Below, one piece after another: positions 57,489 through 64,000 of a DNA stretch of 64,000 nucleotides (the first letter of the stretch is position 1; each line of letters starts with the position of its first letter). The stretch is from Spirochaetia bacterium (GTDB lineage: Bacteria > Spirochaetota > Spirochaetia > SZUA-6 > Bin103). The position numbers and the translations under genes were made by a program. The notes under the pieces are model-generated. The model was given only the letters and a program-made list of their open reading frames with translations. It was not told the origin of the DNA and did not search any database. The stretch is taken from the NCBI GenBank assembly GCA_965203055.1, contig OZ241863.1:4032001-4096000 (forward strand). The letters are read 5' to 3'.

Positions 57489-59671
57489 CTATTCGAGCTG
57501 ATGCCAGAACACGGCTCCGGCATCGATGCTGTCGCCGATGCGGTCATCTCGCCGCAGGCCTGACACGACGGCGTAGGCGTTTCGGCCCGTGAATCGGGTC
57601 AGGAAATCCGCGTTCCGGAGCGCGCGCTTCGTATCTCGGCCGTTGGCGGTGAAGGCAGGCCGGGACGCCGTGTCAGCCTTGCCCGTTACGGAAAGCGCGC
57701 CTAATCCGCTGTCTGCGCCCGAATCTGCACCAGAAGCCGCTTGCCCTCCAGCGTTTGGCGCGCCCAATACAGGTTCTGGTACTGATCGTAGCCGCCCTCG
57801 CCCTCGCTCCCTGCCAGCCTTGCCGTGGCGGTCGCGGTGGTGCCGCCGCCCGGCGCCGCACCAAAGGTCACGGTTGGGGTAGTGGTGTAACCGCTCCCGC
57901 GGTCCGTGACCGTCACCGACGCTACGCGTAGCGCCGCGGTGCCGGCGGCCGTGGTACCGGCCCCCGGCGCTGCTCCAAAGGTGACGGTTGGGGCAGTGGT
58001 GTAACCGCTCCCACGGTCCGTGACCGTCACCGACGCTACGCGCAACGCCGCGGTGCCGGCGGCCGTGGTGCCGGCCCCCGGCGCTGCCGAAAGGGTCACG
58101 GTTGGGGCAGTGGTGTAGCCGCTCCCACGGTCCGTGACAATCACCGACGTTACGCAACGCCGCGGTGCCGGCGGCCGTGGTGCCGGCCCCCGGCGCTGCC
58201 GAAAAGGTCACGGTTGGGGCAGACGTGTAGCCGCTCCCACGGTTGGTGAACGTCACCGACGTTACGCCGGTTTGTATCGTTGTGCTCCCGGTGGCCGTGC
58301 CGCCGGTCGGCGGCGCGCTGAACGTCACGGTTGGGGCAGTGGTGTAGCCGGCCCCCGCGTTCGTGAGCGTCACTCCCTCTACTCTGGTGGTCCGCAACGT
58401 CGCGGTGGCGGTCGCGCCGGAGCCCCCTCCTCCCGAAAACGACACGGTTGGGGCAGTGGTGTAGCCGCTTCCCCGGTTCGTTATGCCCAGGGAAGTCACA
58501 GTATTTCCGCTTATCCCCGCCGTTGCGGTCGCCCGGGTGCCACCGGCCGGCGGCGCGCTGAACGTCACACTTGGAGCAGACGAGTAGAAGCTCCCCCCGG
58601 CCGTGAGAGTCAACGTCCCTACTTCTGATCGCAGCGTTGCGGTGCCGGTCGCCGTGGTGCCGCCGGTCGGCGCTGCTGCGAACGTCACGGTTGGAGCGGA
58701 CGTGTAGCCGCCCCCCCGGTTCGCCATCACCACTGCCGTGACGCGGCCGGGCCCCACCGCGGTGCCGGTCGCCGTGGTGCCGCCGGTCGGCGGCGCGCTG
58801 AACGTCACGGTGGGAACGGACGTATAGCCGCTTCCTCCGGTCCCGACCGTCACGGCATCGACGGCGCCCGCCGCGGTGCCGGTCGCCGTGGTCCCGCCGG
58901 TCGGCGGCGCGCTGAACGTCACGGTCGGAGCCGACGCATAGCCGCTTCCTGCGGTCCCGACCGTCACGGCATCGACGGCGCCCGCCGCGGTGCCGGTTGC
59001 CGTGGTCCCGCCGGTCGGCGCCGCGCTGAACGTCACGCTGGGAACCGACGCGTAGCCGCTTCCTGCGGTCCCGACCGTCACGGCGTCGACGGAGGCCACC
59101 GCGGTGCCGGTGGCTGTAGTGCCGCCGGACGGCGCCGCCTGGAACGTCACGCTGGGAACGGACGCATAGCCGCTCCCCGGGTTCCCTATCGTGACCGCCT
59201 CGACCGTGCCGACGGCGTCCGGCGCAACTGTGTCGGAGCCCGACTGATCCGGGGCGGTGAGCACCAGTACCACTGCGCCTGCCTGGACCTCATAGTCAAC
59301 CGTCCACTCCGCGCCGGTGAGGTCGGACGCGAAGACCGGCTTGGCGCTCGTGGTCGTGAACGGCGCCGGGTGCCCGCCGATCGACACCTCCACCTTCTCG
59401 CCCTCGCCGCCGGTGATCCGTTCCCAGGCATACGGCGCGGAACGGTTGGACGTTGCGCTCAGCAGGTCCGCGCCGTCACCAAAGTGAGCCGCGCTGATCG
59501 TCCAGCTCTTCTCGGCCGGCTGGGCCGGCTGCGGGGTTGGTGTCGGCTCGCTTGGCCCCCCCCTTGCGCCGGGTTGGCGGGCGCGGCGGGCGGGCGCGCC
59601 GCCTGCGTGCAAGCCATCAGCGCGCCGATACCGGCGGCCATCAACAGCGATAACAGCGACACTCTACCCAA
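57489..59671 (-). pseudogene. Surface lipoprotein with 12 GSGY/PTVTF repeats, interrupted by three small deletions (pseudogene, phase-variable gene or assembly error); ~728 aa if repaired
   Basis: AGGAGGG-AATC-TTG start, signal MGRVSLLSLLMAAGIGALMAC; frame breaks at C8 run 59556-59563, ~58153 and probably C3 run 57718-57720. Confidence 0.7.
57815..59204 (-). repeat. Intragenic tandem array, 12 units of ~114 bp (~38 aa)
   Basis: Anchor CCGCTC recurs at 57891, 58005, 58119, 58231 (spacings 114, 114, 112); GCGGTC at 58951 and 59065 (114). Confidence 0.9.
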
Positions 59672-59821
59672 GATTCCCTCCTGCCGGCGGTTGGGCCCCG
59701 CGCCGGGTCGCGGCAACGATAGCACACGCTCCCCCAAGCTGACCATCCCATCCACCACACCAACCACACCACAGGGCGCCTTGAGCAGCGGCCCCAATCC
59801 TGCTATGCAGTGCGGTAACGG

Positions 59822-59895
59822 GCCCCAGTAGCTCAGTCGGATAGAGCATCGGTTTCCTAAACCGCAGGTCGGACGTTCGAGTCGTCTCTGGGGCA
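59822..59895 (+). tRNA. tRNA-Arg(CCT); CCA not encoded
   Basis: GCCCCAG/CTGGGGC acceptor stem, D-arm AGCTCAGTCGGATAGAGC, anticodon loop TTCCTAA, T-loop TTCGAGT. Confidence 0.9.
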
Positions 59896-59897
59896 AA

Positions 59898-61541
59898 GTG
59901 CGCATCGCCCTCGCCCAGATCAATCCCACCGTCGGCGACTTCGCCGGCAACAGCGCCCTGATCCTGGCGCGGCTGGCGGAGGCGCGCGCGCAGCGCGCCG
60001 AGCTGGTGGTGTTCCCGGAGCTGTGCCTGTGCGGCTACCCGCCGATGGACCTGCTCGACCACGGTTCCTTCGTGGCGGAGAACCTCAAGGCCCTGCGCCG
60101 CATCCAGCGCGCCATGCCGGCCGAACTGGGGGCGGTAATCGGCTACGTCGACCGCAACCCCCGCGGCACCGGCAAGCGCCTGCTCAACGCCGCCGGCCTG
60201 CTCGCCGGCGGGCGCCTGCTGCACACCCAGGCCAAGACCCTGCTGCCCACCTACGACGTGTTCGACGAAGCGCGCTACTTCGAGCCCGCGGCGGAGCGGC
60301 GCACGGTGGAATTCGGGGGCGAACGCCTCGGTCTTGCCATTTGCGAAGATCTCTGGTGGGAGACCGAGCCCGACCCCGGCGCGCGCTACGCGGTCGATCC
60401 GGTGCGCGACTGCCTCGACGCCGGCGCCACCCTGCTGCTGGCGCCCTCCGCCTCGCCCTACCACCGCGGCAAGCCGGCCGTGCGCCGCCGGCTGCTGCAG
60501 CGCATCGGCGCCGCCGCCGGGGTGCCGGTGGTGTACGTCAACATGGTCGGCGGCAACGACGGCCTGCTGTTCGACGGGCAGTCGTTCGTCACCGGCGCCG
60601 GCGGCGACCTGGTGCTGCAGTGCGCCGGCTACCGGGAGCAACTGGCGGTGTGGGACAGCGCCGCGCCGGGCGGGCCGGCGGCGCCTCCCGCCGATGGCTG
60701 GGCCGAGCTGGAGCGCGCGCTGGGGATGGGGATTGCCGACTACCTGCGCAAGACCCGTCACCAGCGCGTGCACGTGGCGGTGTCGGGCGGCATCGATTCG
60801 GCGCTGGTCGCCGCGCTCGCGGCGCGCGCCCTCGGCCCCGAGCGGGTCGCCGCGTTTTCGCTGCCGTCGCGGTACTCGTCGCCGGGCAGCAAGTCGGACG
60901 CGGCGCTGCTCTGCGACCGGCTCGGAGTGGCGCTGCGCACCATCGCCATCGAGGAACTGTTCGCCGGCTACGAGCGCGCGCTGGCCCCGGTGTTCGCCGG
61001 CGCCCCGCCCGACCTCACCGAAGAGAACCTGCAGGCGCGCATCCGCGGCATGCTGATGATGGCGTTCTCCAACAAGACCGGCTCCATTCTGCTCGCCACC
61101 GGCAACAAGTCGGAACTGGCCACCGGCTACTCCACCCTGTACGGCGATCTGTGCGGCGGCCTGGCGCCGGTCGGCGACCTGCTCAAGACCGAGGTGTACG
61201 CCCTCTCCCGCGCCATCAACCACGCCGGCGAGATCATCCCCGCGGCCACGCTGAACAAACCGCCCTCCGCGGAACTGCGCCCCGGCCAGACTGACCAGGA
61301 CTCGCTGCCCGACTACGCGGTGCTCGACCGGATCTTGCAGCTCTACGTAATCGACAACCTCACCCGCAGCGAAATCGTCGCGCGCGGCTTCGACGACGCC
61401 ACCGTAGTCGACGTGCTGCGCCGCGTGGGACAGGCCGAGTACAAACGCCGCCAGGCGCCCACCATACTCAAGGTCTCCCCGCGCGCCTTCGGCACCGGCC
61501 GCCGGTTCCCCATCGCCCGCGAAATCCACGAAGTCGCATGA
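59898..61541 (+). CDS. nadE: Glutamine-dependent NAD+ synthetase
   Basis: MRIALAQIN..VGD, FPEL..GYPP.DL, LPTYDVFDE.RYF, ICED, SGGIDS, ENLQARIRG, NKSE, PSAELRP.Q.D, EYKRRQ. Confidence 0.96.
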   Translation: MRIALAQINPTVGDFAGNSALILARLAEARAQRAELVVFPELCLCGYPPMDLLDHGSFVAENLKALRRIQRAMPAELGAVIGYVDRNPRGTGKRLLNAAGLLAGGRLLHTQAKTLLPTYDVFDEARYFEPAAERRTVEFGGERLGLAICEDLWWETEPDPGARYAVDPVRDCLDAGATLLLAPSASPYHRGKPAVRRRLLQRIGAAAGVPVVYVNMVGGNDGLLFDGQSFVTGAGGDLVLQCAGYREQLAVWDSAAPGGPAAPPADGWAELERALGMGIADYLRKTRHQRVHVAVSGGIDSALVAALAARALGPERVAAFSLPSRYSSPGSKSDAALLCDRLGVALRTIAIEELFAGYERALAPVFAGAPPDLTEENLQARIRGMLMMAFSNKTGSILLATGNKSELATGYSTLYGDLCGGLAPVGDLLKTEVYALSRAINHAGEIIPAATLNKPPSAELRPGQTDQDSLPDYAVLDRILQLYVIDNLTRSEIVARGFDDATVVDVLRRVGQAEYKRRQAPTILKVSPRAFGTGRRFPIAREIHEVA

Positions 61542-61895
61542 CGCCGGAAAGTCGCGATCTGTTGGCTGATCTTCCCACAGTAGCGTTTCTCAGGCTTCGA
61601 CAGCGGTTCTTCGACTCCGGTGGACGTCCCATACCCTTCCAGTTACGCGACAAGCGGAACACGCAGGACGATCCCCTCGATGAGTTCCTGGCGGTCAATG
61701 TCCTCGCCCACCTCGAGGGCGTTACGTGTATCCGAGCGCCCGGTATCCGAAGGTGCCTCTCACACGTATTACTGTTACCGTCATCGCCGGGACGGCAACG
61801 ATCCAATGCGCGAATTGGTAGACCCGTTCCCAACCCCGCTGCGTGATACGCGAACCCGGCCGCGCGGCCGCTTCACGCTTCCGTTTACGCTGTAG
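61538..61895 (+). pseudogene. Remnant of a methylase-associated gene (possible restriction endonuclease), apparently internally deleted or frameshifted
   Basis: Protein-like N-part (LRDKRNTQDDPLDEF) and protein-like C-part in another frame (HTYYCYR..DPFPTP..RGRFTLPF), switching near 61740. Confidence 0.4.
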
Positions 61896-64000
61896 ACGAC
61901 GTTTCGAACAGCGAAAGCTGCGTGACCGGCGGGACGATATGACTTGGCGGCGCTTGGATCCGCTGGAAGCGCCATATCTCGTCGGTGAGCCCATCGGTCT
62001 CCGGGAGCAGCAGATCGAGGCTGCGCCCTACCTCGCCGGCTTCTCTCCCCGCGCTCAACTCAACCAGAAGTTGGCTCCGAAAGATGACCCGCACGTCGTT
62101 CAACGACAACTCGCGCCCCCCGGCTCTGAATCTCTCAACTCTATGGCTGCAAACTTCCTGCGCCGCCTCAAGCGCGTCCACGCCGGCGCGGCGCTTGCGC
62201 CGATCGGCGGCGCGCTTGCGGCAGATGATCAGCATGTCCAGGTCGATAGGGTGCTTAGCCTGACGCTTTGGGCTGGCACCTGACATCTCAGACTTCACGG
62301 GTTGTGACTGAACCATTGAGAAGCCCGCGCCCAAGACTGCCTCGGCGACCGCCTTCCAACCGCTGTTCCGGGAATGGTGGTAGCTGAAGACGAGGAGCCC
62401 CTGATCACGCAGTACTCGGTTGCATTCCTGAAAGACTGCTCTCAATTTCTGCGAAAACCGGCAGGCGTCGGTGTCCTGCACCTCCTCAGGGCGTCTCGTC
62501 GTGCCACCCGAATCGCACCGGGCAGAAAAATAGAGTTCTTGCCATGCATGGAAGAAGTCAGCCAATTCGGAGTAGTGGACGTTATCGAAGAACGGCGGAT
62601 CGGTGATTACGAGATGCACGCTCTTGTCAGGCAAATCGGTGCTCGCAGAGTCCCCGCAAGAGAGATACGTCGTTCCGGGCGCCAGCCCATCCCTCGGGTA
62701 GCCGGCCAGCGTCGGCGCCCCCATGGGCGGGCTCACGCCGAATACCTTGCGCCCCGAATTGCCGGCACGATGGCGCTCGACGGAGATCTCGAATGGAGCG
62801 TCCCGGTAGTCCAACGCCCTCAGGAGTCGACTCTTGTAGAGCGTAGAAAACGCGCCGGAACTCTTTGGCGTGCCCCACAGGTTAGCTTCAATTGGCGTGC
62901 GCTCCGGCTTCAGTATATGGTGAGAGAACATGTGACGCACGGCGCCGGTGCCTTCCCCCTTGTAGGACGCGAACATATTGTTGAACTCAAGAGCTCCGGA
63001 AAAGAGCAGAAACAGCGCATCGCGCGCTTCCCCGGCAGGCAAGGCTCGAAGCTCAGTGGCAAGCATGGTGAGCGCCAGAAGTTGGCGCTCGTTGAACAAC
63101 TGATGCCAGAATCGGTACCCGTAGTTGAGGATCTGCCTAGTGTTGTACCCGGTCTCTATCGGCATGCAGGGAATCGGGCGATTCATAGTCCGAAGACGTT
63201 GCCGGGCGTTGTCATAGGTGCGTAGATCATCGCCGGTGATGGCAAGATATTCTTTGGAACCGTCGGCTCGAAGAACCAGCTTTGCATACATACGATGACC
63301 GGGAGGTCGGCCGCGCGAGACAGCAGTCTTGGCGATCGGGAACTCGTGCGCGCAGGTCTGACAGACGGCTGTGGTTCGGCGGGCGGGTCCGGTCCGGGGA
63401 TCGAATCTTCGGCCACATGGGCACGAAACGGTTCCGGCGTCGTAGCGACATGACGATATTCGCCCGCAATGAGGACAGACGGCTTTCGACACCGGATGAC
63501 GAATCCGGTCCGCGTGGGAAGCGAAGATATACTTGGGGAAGAGGTCGACGCGGCTTTCGCAGGCGGGACACGAGAGGAACTTCACCCAAAAGTAGTAGAG
63601 GACCTGGCACGGCTGCCCGTCGCTGTCAGTGGACTGATACAGGTGTTGAATCTCGCGTCCCACACTTGCCGCCAGGCGCCCGAAAAGAGTATGGACCTCG
63701 GCTCGGTCGAGCGGACCTAGTGCAACCCTGACTGCTCGGTAAGCGACCGGATTGATGTCGCGGCCGATGGCGGTGCAGCCGAGCTTCTGCGCCTCCCCGA
63801 TGGTAGTGCCGCTCCCCATGAATGGATCGAATACTACGATTCCCGGCAGGCGCAACGGCTCGTAGAACAGCTCCATGACCGAGCTGCCTCGGGGCGCGGA
63901 AGCGGCGATTATCGCTGCGCGAAACACGGACCCCAGGCGCTGCGCCCACCACTTGTGGACGTGGTAGATGGGCCGATATATCTCCTTCCTCCAGCTCTCG
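61885..64000 (-). CDS. Amino (probably N6-adenine) DNA methyltransferase, DUF1156-type, with Zn-ribbon insert; 5' end beyond window
   Basis: Frame open to window end (ESWRKEIYRPIYHVHKWWAQRLGS); motif I FDPFMGSGTT, motif IV TDPPF, several CxxC. Confidence 0.88.
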   Translation of the reverse strand, partial: ESWRKEIYRPIYHVHKWWAQRLGSVFRAAIIAASAPRGSSVMELFYEPLRLPGIVVFDPFMGSGTTIGEAQKLGCTAIGRDINPVAYRAVRVALGPLDRAEVHTLFGRLAASVGREIQHLYQSTDSDGQPCQVLYYFWVKFLSCPACESRVDLFPKYIFASHADRIRHPVSKAVCPHCGRISSCRYDAGTVSCPCGRRFDPRTGPARRTTAVCQTCAHEFPIAKTAVSRGRPPGHRMYAKLVLRADGSKEYLAITGDDLRTYDNARQRLRTMNRPIPCMPIETGYNTRQILNYGYRFWHQLFNERQLLALTMLATELRALPAGEARDALFLLFSGALEFNNMFASYKGEGTGAVRHMFSHHILKPERTPIEANLWGTPKSSGAFSTLYKSRLLRALDYRDAPFEISVERHRAGNSGRKVFGVSPPMGAPTLAGYPRDGLAPGTTYLSCGDSASTDLPDKSVHLVITDPPFFDNVHYSELADFFHAWQELYFSARCDSGGTTRRPEEVQDTDACRFSQKLRAVFQECNRVLRDQGLLVFSYHHSRNSGWKAVAEAVLGAGFSMVQSQPVKSEMSGASPKRQAKHPIDLDMLIICRKRAADRRKRRAGVDALEAAQEVCSHRVERFRAGGRELSLNDVRVIFRSQLLVELSAGREAGEVGRSLDLLLPETDGLTDEIWRFQRIQAPPSHIVPPVTQLSLFETSSTA

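Noticed and set aside
57815..59204. Tandem array as a CRISPR array or non-coding repeat
   Set aside because: Units are ~114 bp, codon-phased, vary mostly at synonymous positions, have no unique spacers, and no cas genes are present
59743..59773. Short CCACAC/CCAT low-complexity run upstream of tRNA-Arg
   Set aside because: Too short and irregular to support a function
57489..59895. Prophage or island integrated at tRNA-Arg
   Set aside because: No integrase or phage genes and no duplicated tRNA 3' end seen; the repeat gene lies on the 5' side of the tRNA

Overview
GC-rich bacterial chromosomal window. The lineage is most likely Spirochaetota, inferred from a class I lysyl-tRNA synthetase, a stand-alone DbpA RNA-binding-domain protein and the housekeeping gene style. 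The left ~23 kb is catabolic: sulfatase, TIM-barrel isomerases, creatininase-like hydrolase, two GH2 glycosidases, two PhyH dioxygenases and a xylonate dehydratase/FAH pair. The rest is mainly housekeeping (ftsK, uppP, rsmG, alr, ilvC, trmB, dksA-like, infA, argJ, clpP, era, mnmA, rpiA, lysS, rlpA, nadE, tRNA-Ile(CAT), tRNA-Arg(CCT)) plus an Rrf2-headed sulfate-assimilation operon. Small lower-GC accessory modules are interspersed. (1) A translationally coupled three-gene cassette (TIGR04255-like, unknown, ADP-ribosyltransferase-like) starts right after an attC-like hairpin; it is the best candidate for an undescribed toxin-antitoxin-chaperone-type defence system. (2) An ABC-ATPase plus TOPRIM-like pair. 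(3) A lipoprotein gene hidden by three small frameshifts, carrying 12 symmetrically arranged ~38-aa GSGYTxAPTVTF repeats. (4) A DUF1156-type DNA methyltransferase facing a decayed partner gene. A PLP acyltransferase resembles the Bacteroidota sulfonolipid synthase (SulA/CapB). All product calls come from motif recognition by eye; no database searches were run, and many start codons were moved from the ORF track to more plausible positions.
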